Source: Antedon mediterranea
Taxonomy: Eukaryota > Animalia > Echinodermata
Direction of reading: 5' to 3'
Assembly: GCF_964355755.1 (NCBI RefSeq)
Contig: NC_092671.1
Span: forward strand, 682,001-746,000
Length of the DNA: 64,000 nucleotides
Part shown: piece by piece, positions 36,901 through 64,000 of the stretch
Numbering within the stretch: position 1 is the stretch's first letter
Layout: each line of letters opens with the position of its first letter
The notes under the pieces: generated by a model
What the model was told of the DNA's origin: nothing
The model's input: only the letters and a program-made list of their open reading frames with translations
The model's database searches: none
Made by a program: the position numbers and the translations under genes

Positions 36901-39900
36901 CTCGTCTTGCAAACAATGACTGCTTGCTACCAGCTCTCTTAAGTTCTCATTCAATTCTGTTTCAGTGTGAACATTAGCAGCATAATATTGATCTTGATTT
37001 AGCATACTGTGTAACCCAAGGATACCTTCAAAGCATAATATGTTGTTATACTATCACCAAAAGCAGTTATTATATAATATACAGCAATACTTTAAAGTCT
37101 TTTATTACTTGGCTAAATGCATTGATACTATCAACAGTTTACAATAAACTTATTATTTTGTGATGCATTTTGTAAATAGCAACAGACTGTCTTATTTGAA
37201 AACAAATTGATATATTGATGACAAAATTGCATCATTTTATTAAGTACCCTTCTGTTGCTTTTACAGCATTTTACCAAGTAATTCATTTTATTATATTTAT
37301 TTTTTGGGTACATGAACCATTCAGATAAAAGACTTTACAGTATGAAATCCAGTCAACATTTATAACATAAAACAGAAATTACTTTCATTATAAACATACA
37401 TTTGGGAACAGTAAATATTATTATCCCAACACATAATTAAATGTATTCTTATCTCATTGGAAGACTTAGTTTATAATATATAATTTATTGTAGCATTAAA
37501 TTTGGTGCACTGTGAAGGAACCATATATGAATAAATAAGTAATAGTGAAAAGGGATATAAAGCAAGAATATAAGTTTGTGGTGAAATTAAAATTGAAAAA
37601 ATCATAAAATACAGAAGATAAATATAATGATACACATTTATTCTATATAAACATTGACTATCAAAATACTGATATTAAATGAAAGGAAAATAAAACTATA
37701 AGATTATTTAAAACAATGATTGAAATCATAAAAAAAATGTTAAAAGAAAAAACTTGTCTACAAATGAATATTAAGTTTTACAAATTACAACAATTAACAA
37801 CCTTCATCTCGCTTGGCTTCGATTGAAGACGCAAGAGAAGAAACAAGAAAAAAAAGAATGATAGATAAAAACGATAGATTACAGTAACACAGGCCTCTGT
37901 CTAACCAAAACCCCATGGGAACATTATTGCTTAGATCTTATTCATTGCAAGTTAGGAAGCAAATTTGTTGCCAATATTTGGGTTGATTTTGCTGAGAAAT
38001 TAAGAAAATTGTTCATCTGAATTGCTTGAATTGGAAAGAAAGCAACATTCAGGTCAAAGTTAGAAGTATGACCAGTTTTCATCTACAGATTAATTAGCTC
38101 TGTCTACATTATCAAACTAGCTTGACAAATGTGTGATGTGCCCAAATACAGTATGGTAGTGATATGACATCATCGTGTACATATGGTTTAATAGTGTAGA
38201 CAGCGCTTTTGACAAATCACAATATTAGCAAAAGTGAACAATACATAGTGTATTTTAAAGTTGCAGATAGTGCTGAATGAACTATTAATGGTGGAAATGT
38301 CTTCTATAAAAGTAACCATGTCTGGGGGAGCATCAACATATTAATAGATACAGTATTTCAAATTCATTTTAGCAGTCAAAGTGGAGAGTGTTAACCCATG
38401 GATCAGCTCCTGATGTCATATTTTAAATAAACTTTTTGAAATTGTGAGGGGTAAATTTTGTGTTTCTGAAAGCCTTTTAAATTGATCACTATAAATGCTG
38501 TTTTACTTATTTACTTTCAGAGCTTCCTTCTTACAAAGAACCAAATTGTAAAGTACATACTCAATAATGTTAGTAAACAATACTAATGGTATACTAGTGA
38601 ACAATAGAGGCTTTGGCCTGACAATGATGGGATTACTCTCTGTAAAAGGTTGTGTAAGGTAATAATAGATTCATTGTATAATAGGGTAGAGTTCATTTAA
38701 AAAATATAAACTGAATTTGTATATTAATTCATATACAGTAAAAAGGATACTAGACCATAAAAATATGCTCACTTGTGTAATCGTACGTGGTGTTACAATA
38801 TGCTCACTTGTGTAATCGTACGTGGTGTTACAATATGCTCACTTGTGTAATCGTACGTGGTGTTATAATTTACAATATATTTATACAATTTACTGAATAT
38901 TGAGTTTTAAGTAAGAAAATCCCATGGACAATAGATGATGTTAACATGCTGTTGTATATTTAAAATTAAATAGATTGTTCAATGTATTTTACATCAATAA
39001 GCAAAAATAAAATATATATTATAGAGATGTTTTTTATGTAAGTATTGAAATAGTGAGTAAGTAAGTAATAGTAAGTTAAGTTTGTGAATAAATAAACAAT
39101 ATGTGTGACTATAAAAATGAACATGTTCATTACCTGCTAGTTCCACAAGGTCTTCTTCTGTAGCCCCTGTGAGGGCATCCTCCATTTCAGCATCTCCATG
39201 AACCTCTATCTCATTCGCATTGCCATTTTTAATAGGGTCAGGGGTCGACTTTGGTGTCCATACTTTACCTAATTAAAAATAATTAGTACATAATTTTTTG
39301 TATTGTTTGCAGAAACAACATTGTGAATGTTCCCACTTATTATTTGTCTTTAACTCAAGGGTCCACTTATATTGTTGTTATCCTGCAACAAAAATGTGGT
39401 CCTTAATTAGAAAACTTAGTTCCAACTTAATTGGAGGGAAAGTTCATACTAACCCCTTTTCTCTCCTGCCTTGTATGGAACTCTGTCTTCAACATCTTTT
39501 TCATTCTTTGCTTGTTCTTCTAAGAAGTCTTGTAGCTTTTGTCTATCAAATGACCCTGTAGGAGCTTTTGCGGTTTGATCCCTCATACGTTGCGAAGCTG
39601 GTAGTAGTGCATTCTGACATAAAAGAGTGTTTAACAATATTATCAATAATTTATTAAAGTGGAGCTCCACCCAGAAAATTACTATTTTTCATACATTTCA
39701 ACTAGTATTTAAAAATATCATCCCTTATACTTCATATTTTTTTGAAATTTTTTTCAATGAGTACGATTTTCTTGAAAATCACGCCTTTTTGCGTTTTGGG
39801 GGGATACCTTGTAATTTCCTATTCTTTTACATGCAAAAGGGGGGTATATTTGAATAATCCTAAAAAATTCATTTCTTCACCAAAAAAAAAATGTAAAATG

Positions 39901-42042
39901 TATATTCATGTAATTTTTCCAGATCTTTCTATTTCTGGTATTTTTATCACGTATACATTGCGCAATTTTGCGTAAATAGACACTTTCCCCCGTTCGGGTC
40001 CAATTGGGTTTTTCATTTTGCTAGGGAGTACGATCACGTGACATTTTTCACAATCACACTACTGCAGCAGCTGGCAATCTGCTATTTTTGTTATTTTTGA
40101 GAAAGATGTGGCTATATATTCAATAAAGCTAGGCCTAGGCCTAGGCCTACTACTAGAGTGTAGGTATGTACCGATGCTGCTCAGTGGCTTGGCCTCTAGC
40201 TAGGCTAGGCTGACAGCAGTGAAGTTTGTTTTGCTGTCACCCGACCTTGGCCTACCCATGGGCCATGATAGGGTGCCTGAATAGTTGCTTTTCAGTCAGG
40301 TCTAAGCTTGCACATCGCTTTACTATTCTTTACTACTCTTGTTCTGTATAGGATTTTGTGTTCCACAATTCTTAATGTGCGAGAAAACCCAGGAACGATA
40401 AATGGGGCGAAACGACCATGTCTATGAATACATAGGCCTCTAGACAAAAATTCAAGGCTAGCTAGGCTGAGCAGACGGCTTAGCTAGGCCTAGCTCTAGC
40501 TCAAAGTTAAAAGCAATCTGATAAGATTATTATGCTGTTGTTGTACAGTGAAAATCATGAGGTTACATGTAAATTATACTGACATTCTTATCGGAAATAT
40601 TAGTTAGGCCTAAACAAATCGTATTAATTGTGTGTATAAAATTTATTCCCCATTTTTCGACACATAATTTACCAAAGGGGAGACATTTCCACAATGCGTT
40701 GACCAGCGACTAAAACGCGTCAGTTGCTAAGTGTAACGCGTTTCGCGACGTATTGTAAACTAATAACCCCTAAGTTACTGAAAAACTGTAATTTGTTAAA
40801 AAACACTATTTTCTGACCGATTTTTTATAAATGAGTTTTTGGAAAATATTTCCGTATTTTCCCTGTTTTTTTTATGTAATCACTTTCAATTAAACATACT
40901 TAAACATAATATAAGCTGAGAAAGTCTGAGTGTAGCTCCACTTTAAACTCAACAGATTGAGGACTGACAAAGTAGACAGATTAAAATACAATGCATAAAG
41001 ATTGGATGATTTCTCATTTAATAGACTGCTCAATTTATACATTTATATACAACAAGCCAATACCTGTACAGAATATATTTCAAGAGATGTTTCTCTCTCC
41101 TTATCTCGAACATAATTGAATGTATTGTACAAAATGTGGTTTTACATGGAGCAAGAATTCTCAAAAATGTTAATATTTATAAATATGTATTGGTTTTCAC
41201 ATTATTACCCAAATTAAATAAACACAATTTAATAATATCTAATTTATCCAAAAAGCATCCAACTGTGACAATTTTCCTTTAGTTTGATAATTATAATCCT
41301 ACGCATACAGTGTATGATCAAATATTATCTCATACACATTTGACATTAGCATAAGAAAACCTTTACATCACCAGACTTCTGTTTGCTTATGTTTAAAAAA
41401 AAATTATAATGTCTGCTGCTTGTGTACCCACGCCTTTAAACAAATTAAACCAACCCAATTAAATAATATTTTTTTATTGTTTGTTATTAACAACACTAAC
41501 TGCTATATTACAGAACCCCAAGGTTGAATGATTCACTAATCAATAATATATCATACTTTACAAACCCTCCCCTTTTTTTTATATCATCACAGCTAAATGG
41601 TCCATTATTACAATGCAATATAAAAAAAACTAATAAATACAGGAAGTCTAATAACGTTAGACATGTTTTTAGTGTAGAAGTATAACATGTAATGGTAATG
41701 CTTGAGTTGTTATTGACGAATCCCAAACATTGGCATAAAATTAAAACTACAATAATTAACAGTTATTTTTAATGGAATTGGTCTTTGCTAAGATTTTGTT
41801 ACTATATTATTATTATATTATGATCATGATGTACAAAAACACCTGGTCATTTTTATGGTATATTTGAGACACTCTAAGGAAGGTCCACCAGTTGCATAAC
41901 AATACATACTTACATCTGGATCAAGCATAGACTCTAACTCCGCAACCTCCTCTTCCGTCAGGTTTTCCAACAAGTCGTCAATGTCCACATCTTTATATTT
42001 GTCGAGGTCTTTATAAAGACTAAAACCTTTTGCCGCCGTCAT
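30965..42042 (-). CDS. TMOD: Tropomodulin (actin pointed-end capping protein), ~376 aa
   Basis: Exons 41914-42042 (YKDLDKYKDVDIDDLLENLTEEEVAELESMLDPD), 39454-39613 (NALLPASQRMRDQTAKAPTGSFDRQKL), 39134-39268, 36885-37025 (GILGLHSMLNQDQY), 35972-36102, 34302-34409, 33892-34035 (LNMESNFITGTG), 31629-31773 and 30965-31002 (VRKKRISNGVEN*). Hallmark N-terminal tropomyosin/actin-binding and C-terminal LRR motifs; total 1131 nt. Confidence 0.93.
31165..31323. mobile_element. Tc1/mariner (pogo/Tigger-like) MITE
   Basis: TIR CAGTAGACTCTCCCAATACC ... GGTATTGGGAGAGTTGACTG followed by TA. Confidence 0.6.
31817..33891. repeat. 54-bp tandem repeat (~7 copies; 31817-32018 and 33712-33891) split by a transposon insertion; each unit holds a donor-like GTAAG on the - strand
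   Basis: Unit CCAGGTTAGTCCAACCTTACACAATCTACTCTATTTGTGGTATTTTAGCACTTA abuts the donor of Tmod exon 33892-34035. Confidence 0.9.
32019..33711. mobile_element. Non-autonomous hAT-like DNA transposon, 1.7 kb, 6-bp TSD
   Basis: Perfect 14-bp TIR CAGGCCTCGAATTT / AAATTCGAGGCCTG; GGTATT duplicated at 32013-32018 and 33712-33717; the empty site is visible in neighbouring repeat units; subterminal GGGCACCAAGGCC motifs; no transposase ORF. Confidence 0.85.
34692..35851. repeat. 39/41-bp minisatellite, ~29 copies, in a Tmod intron
   Basis: GCACTG(TG)TTCTTGGTAGGGCACCATAGAATAGATTATAAT head-to-tail with no spacers. Confidence 0.95.
37802..37816 (-). other. Candidate 15-nt in-frame microexon of Tmod (AKRDE)
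   Basis: Long pyrimidine tract TTCTTTTTTTTCTTGTTTCTTCTCTTGCGTCTTCAATCGAAG|CCAAGCGAGATGAAG|GTTGTT; phase 1-1 fits between exons 39134-39268 and 36885-37025; the donor is weak. Confidence 0.35.
38096..38206. mobile_element. MITE family B copy
   Basis: AGCTCTGTCTACATTATCAAAC ... ATAGTGTAGACAGCGCT. Confidence 0.7.
38762..38866. repeat. 35-bp tandem repeat, 3 copies
   Basis: AATATGCTCACTTGTGTAATCGTACGTGGTGTTAC repeated. Confidence 0.9.
39658..40942. mobile_element. Non-autonomous Kolobok-like DNA transposon
   Basis: TTAA|AGTGGAGCTCCACCCAGA ... TCTGAGTGTAGCTCCACT|TTAA: 16/18 TIR match, AG...CT termini and TTAA TSD. Confidence 0.7.
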
Positions 42043-42422
42043 CTTTAAATTAGATCTTTAAAAAAAAGTTTTCATAATAAGAATATACTTTGTACAGATG
42101 TTGGTACAGTTAACAATTAGAAGAATAATTGTAATAATAAATTTGTGTAATAAATATAATGTACATTTATCCTTGATACATTATACAGTATTCACGTTAA
42201 AATTTTAAATTAATATATTGCTGAAAATAAATTCATTGCAGATCAGACCATGTAGATTGTTTGCATTTATTTAATTGCCATTTAACTACTGATCCTGGCC
42301 TTATTTCAATCATTATAAAATAAAGAAATATGATGGCGATTGAATTGCTTTTTTTTTTATAACAACTGTGTTTGTCAAAATCCTGAATTAGATATATTTT
42401 ATTGTATCTTTTCTAAGTTTAA

Positions 42423-43354
42423 CGCCCGTATTCTTAAACCGGACTTTAGTCGTAGTTCGAAGTTCGACTTGAAAAAGTCGTAGTTCGAGCTATTACTTCA
42501 AATTCGATTAAAAAACGAAGCAGTCGAAGTTTGCAGTTCGACTTAATGAAGTCGAGCTTTTAGTCGAATTGCACACGTCTGGGTAACAAAGGCTATACAT
42601 TGGCCAATGACAAGAGAGTATTTGAGGAGCAGACGAAATTTTGCGCATTGATATCACTTTCCATTTCTTACAACACTTTTTACGCATCAGGACTATATAC
42701 ATGAAAAATAATTTTAATCGTTAATTATTAGAACAATATCAGTATTAATTTAACAGTACAGTGAAGTATATTTGATTAACAACAAATAAAATCTTCAAAA
42801 TATATTTAGGAACCATGTCAGTACGGTAACTTTTATATTTTCTAGGCCCCCAACAAACTATGATTGCGACGAACCACGCACTTCATAGCGTGACAAGAAA
42901 GCGCTAGGCCCCCTAAACATTCCATCGCGTGGTGAATTGCCGCATCTCCCATTGTCGCTATGGCGTGACGTAGCTCAAGTCGGACTTGCGCGAAGAAAAT
43001 AATGTAATTTGTATACAGTTGTAAATAAAGTTGATTTTCATTATTATAACTTATACCAATGTATATTTAATTAAGCTAATATGAATATAGATATTTCATT
43101 CTTCAATATCTGGCCAATATAACAACTCAATGACTGTTACGTTTTTTATAAACATCGTTTAAAAACCATTTAGTCGACCATTTAGCCTGCCCCCTCCAGG
43201 ACTAAAAAAATCGATCAAAATCCGTCTCGATTTAGTCGAGGTTGGCCTGATTTAGTCGGTGATTTAGTTGAAGTTCGTTTTATGAATTAAAATGACGTCA
43301 TTTTTTTAGTTTTAGCTCGAACTACGACTAAAGTCCGGTTTAAGAATACGGGCG
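42423..43354. mobile_element. PIF/Harbinger-like MITE, ~930 bp
   Basis: Perfect ~38-bp TIR CGCCCGTATTCTTAAACCGGACTTTAGTCGTAGTTCGA; flanks TAA and TAG; internal TTTAGTCGA motifs. Confidence 0.8.
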
Positions 43355-44749
43355 TAGGTATATTGTCTATGAATTAGTAAAATACTTCTGCCAATCTATA
43401 GGCTGATTAGATTAACTTTTAGGCTTTTCTTTTTCTTATTTTTATGTGTGTTTTTAAATGTATATCTCTCATTCTGTAATTGGTGTATACACTGTTGGTT
43501 GTGAAAGAATAAAATAATGTTGGTACAGATATCTTCCAATCATCTTGCATTCAACTGTAAGTGTGTTTTATAATGTAATAGTATTCTGTATTTGGTGGGC
43601 TCTCTCATGCTATACTATACTATAGTATATAGTAGTATATACATAGTTTTGATATGAGAGTGTTTTTATACTATACAACAATAAACAATCACTCTAAACA
43701 ATACACAAACCCAAAAGGAAATGGTAAAGGAAAGGATAAACCACCATGAGTTGACGTAGACACTTGAGTACTTGCTTAATATTATTATATATCTTTGTAG
43801 GAACTACTTCTTTAGCAGCAGCTGTCTCAGACTGTTGACAGCTGCTTACGTACTTTACTGTAGTTTCTCAGATTTCATTATTAACCATATGGTGGTATAC
43901 ACTGAACTATGATATTTTTAGTTTAATATTTAATAATCTGGAATGTATTGGTGGTGCTGATTGAATACCATAGTTACTACTGAATATTTTGTTGTTACCA
44001 AGACAATCTTTGTCCACACAAACTTTTTTGTCCGCCAATGACATTTTTTTTTGTCCCTAGTCAAGACCTTTTTGTCCTTGCTTGAGACCACCACCAAGTT
44101 ATTTAGTTTTAGGTTTAAATTCCTGGGGGTTTTTCGACAGGCTAAATGTATTTACTAAGAACTACAGTTCCACTGGTGGAACGCAGATTGCTCAATGTTT
44201 GAGATCTGACACTATTGTGATTGGATAATTAATTAAAAATCACTTGGCCCACAGGCACAGGTCCGTGAAAAACAGCGATAAATTGTTTTTAATTTTGGTT
44301 ACTTGATTCATATGTTTGTTTCTTTCATGGAGGCTCCATGCTTGATTGTACCAATTGAATAGCCTAGCTAGGCTAGCTAGAGGCCTAGTCAATATTCTAT
44401 TTAAAATCAATGATCCATGAAAATCAGGTGGAATAGGTGCATTATGTGTTATCGTAGTAGGTTGGAGGGATGCTACCCCAACCAAAATACATAGAAAGAA
44501 CTAGCCCTAGCTACCTAGTTAGTAGTATAAAGTAAGAGATGGAAAAAAAACAAATATGGGCCCACGCCTACTGCTGCTCTGTACTGTAGTCATATATTCA
44601 AACACAAACACACTCAGTAGCCGTACTACAACCAGCATCAGCAAAACAAAATCCAGATAAAATTGAACCAAACGACTTTATCAATATAATTAAAGCTTTG
44701 TATAGCTATAAATTGAAAACATGCAGAGAATCAGAGATTTAAAGCTTAC

Positions 44750-44880
44750 CGTTCTATCAACAGTTTATGTGTGTTATTTTCTATGACCTTCGACGCGACG
44801 ATGATGTAGTTTTGAAGAAGAGGCTGTGTCAAATATTTTAACCGTGGTGGTAATAAATATTCATGAGACTGCGCCCTCAA
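44750..44880 (-). promoter_or_regulatory. Probable non-coding first exon and promoter of Tmod, divergent from the fibropellin-like gene
   Basis: Donor CG|GTAAGC at 44750/44749 and CpG enrichment; the Tmod ATG exon has an acceptor just upstream (~42056), so a 5' UTR exon is expected. Confidence 0.35.
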
Positions 44881-46735
44881 TGTTCGTAAGTTCACGTACT
44901 CAGTCTAAATACCAAAAAGTTTTGGGGTTTTTTGGCATCAACTATTAAGAAAATAAGGTCTATATACTTTTTAACATTATATGGAAAAAATGTGTCCATC
45001 ATTATAAATTATTTTAATTCGAGTAACATATTTCGTGTTTCATAAATAGTGTACAGTATTATTTAGCATGAATATATACTCCAGGGAGAGTGGCGGATCC
45101 AGAATTTTGATTAAAATTTCTAATGAAGTAGTTCTCGATATTGGTAATGTCCTACATTTTGCATTTTTCGAAATCTGGTGCCACTGTATGTACATTATTT
45201 ATTGGTTATTTGACCAACTTTATCAAAGGCATACAAAATGAGATGTAGTGAAAAATATAAATAGCGCCATCATTATCACAAAGAAGAATACAGTATTCTG
45301 TACTTTCTGTTTGTTCTGTTCCCAGAGAATATCAGTATCCCTAAAGGAATTGACATTGACAAGAATATCCTAGTGAAATTAACAAAAAAATTAGATAACA
45401 GAAAGTAAATAGATTTCATTTATAAATCTTAATCTTGTAGAACGCATCTATAAGTAATCCATTCAATCAATCAATCAATCAATCAAATGAACATTTATTT
45501 CTTTCATATTCATATTTGAGTAAATTTAGAGATATAATACAGTAAATCGTAATGTATGAAAAAAGATGATTCAGTTAATATAAAAAACGTATATTGATTA
45601 CCTGTGATAGTAAAAAGTGATAATTTATTCAGGTATTTGCCTATATATCAAGAAAAAAAAAACATAAATTATAACGTAATAACTTTGTAATCTTTAAAAC
45701 ATAAAATCTTTCCATGATACCACCGACATAGATTTATTAACGTCATCATAGACATGAGATACTTACGTTACCCTAATTTGCATAACAAATACATCTCTTT
45801 TAAACACAGGACACGCAAGACTAGGTTACATGAATACTAGCTATCGATTATTTAACCATGGTTTTCTTGTATTTCAACAACCCGTGTGTACCACTTCACA
45901 CTGTCGCCTATTCAACCTATTGTATCTATTCATCCGACAGCTTGTTTTTAAGAACACACTGAGCAGGTTCTTTTATGACTGGACCTTTTTTCTTCCTGGT
46001 GCACAAATTAGAATAATATCATTATTATTTGCACAAATTGCCGACTTTTGTTGTTGTATCTTGTAAGAATACAAATGATTACTTCATAATATCAACAAAC
46101 AGTCATACAATATTGGTTCAGGGCAGTTATAAGGTACCATCAATTGCTTTTTTAAAGTGAATTTTAATTGTTTGCATAAACCAAAGGGTTGGGTTAGCAA
46201 ATATTAATACATTGAATAAGAAGAAGACAACAAACATGATCATTTCTGTTTATATCATAAAATGATAAATAGTGTTTTTTCTTTGTCCGTTTACACCTTA
46301 GAATAATATATTGCTGATACACCTAAACACACTTAATTCAACAGACTTTCCCACGGTGTGTTTTTTTTATCAAGGCACTGCGTATTTTTTTACCTTTCAG
46401 AAAAAATAATAAACCCCATCGCCATTATTGTTGCTGATGGGTACTTATCCCAATAAAACTGTGGCTATTTAATATCACACAATGCAAACCACGCATGCGC
46501 TTTCGCTAGTGTCATCAGTTAGGCATAATACCTCAAGTGTTCTGCACTGTGCCTATCTTTCGCGTACTTAAATTTGACGTTTAAAGGAATTAAGGAGTTC
46601 TTATAAGATATGTCAAATGGGATTCTTAAATTAATACATGTATCTGGATAATAACTCTTATAACTTGATTTAAAGGTGATATTTGGTTTGCCCACCGATC
46701 ATTTTGTTCGTTTACTAGTGCCATAGGATATAACA

Positions 46736-63639
<16,904 letters not shown>

Positions 63640-63872
63640 GTAAGAAAAAACATCATGATTTCTTTAAATGAAAAACAACTTTTTGAAACTGTCATAAAGA
63701 AAGTAATATTATTCATTTGAAATGTGGTCTCAATTGCATGATTTTCTTGTTTTCTTTTTTAACTTACCAATGTTGTATCATCATTCATTTTCTAAGTAAA
63801 ATCTCTCTGAAAACCGGAAACGTTTCCAAAAGGTTGCTAGTGTAATTCTTTCTTACCATAAAAAAACATGCA

Positions 63873-64000
63873 GACATGTGAGGCCAGCTCAAGGTGGGGT
63901 ATTAGGAGAGTTGACATGTGAGGCCAGCTCAAGGGGTATTAGAAGAGTTGACATGTGAGGCCAGCTCAAGGGGTATTAGAAGAGTTGACATGTGAGGCCA
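63873..64000. repeat. 37-bp tandem repeat running off the window end
   Basis: GACATGTGAGGCCAGCTCAAGGGGTATTAGAAGAGTT repeated. Confidence 0.9.

Noticed and set aside
45090-45186. hAT-like MITE (AGTGGCGGATCC ... GCCACTG)
   Set aside because: Only a ~6-bp inverted match and no TSD; too degenerate to call.

Overview
AT-rich, intron-rich eukaryotic DNA, probably from a marine invertebrate deuterostome; echinoderm is inferred from the fibropellin-type gene and is not proven. Six spliced genes were reconstructed by hand from GT-AG sites and frame continuity. (1) The 5' part of an EFCAB6-like multi-EF-hand gene (-, 1..5579). (2) A complete 30-exon gene for a secreted protein of 28 tandem atypical EGF modules (-, 7295..21182). 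(3) A secreted His/Thr-rich mucin-like protein with two EGF modules (-, 22377..24807). (4) An intact LRR-only tropomodulin paralog (-, 25203..27375). (5) A full tropomodulin (-, 30965..42042). (6) The 5' part of a fibropellin-like EGF-CUB-EGFn gene (+, 46736..>63639). The most striking signal is the cysteine pattern of genes 2 and 3. Internal EGF modules carry two extra Cys, the first module only the C-terminal extra and the last only the N-terminal extra. This implies a chain of inter-domain disulfide staples and so a rigid EGF rod. Also notable are the N-terminally truncated tropomodulin (possibly an alternative 3' half of Tmod), a candidate 15-nt Tmod microexon, and an 8.3-kb hierarchical foldback element in fibropellin intron 1. 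Many MITEs (Kolobok-, Merlin-, Harbinger-, hAT- and Tc1-like) and minisatellites are present. No CRISPR array, rRNA or tRNA gene is supported.
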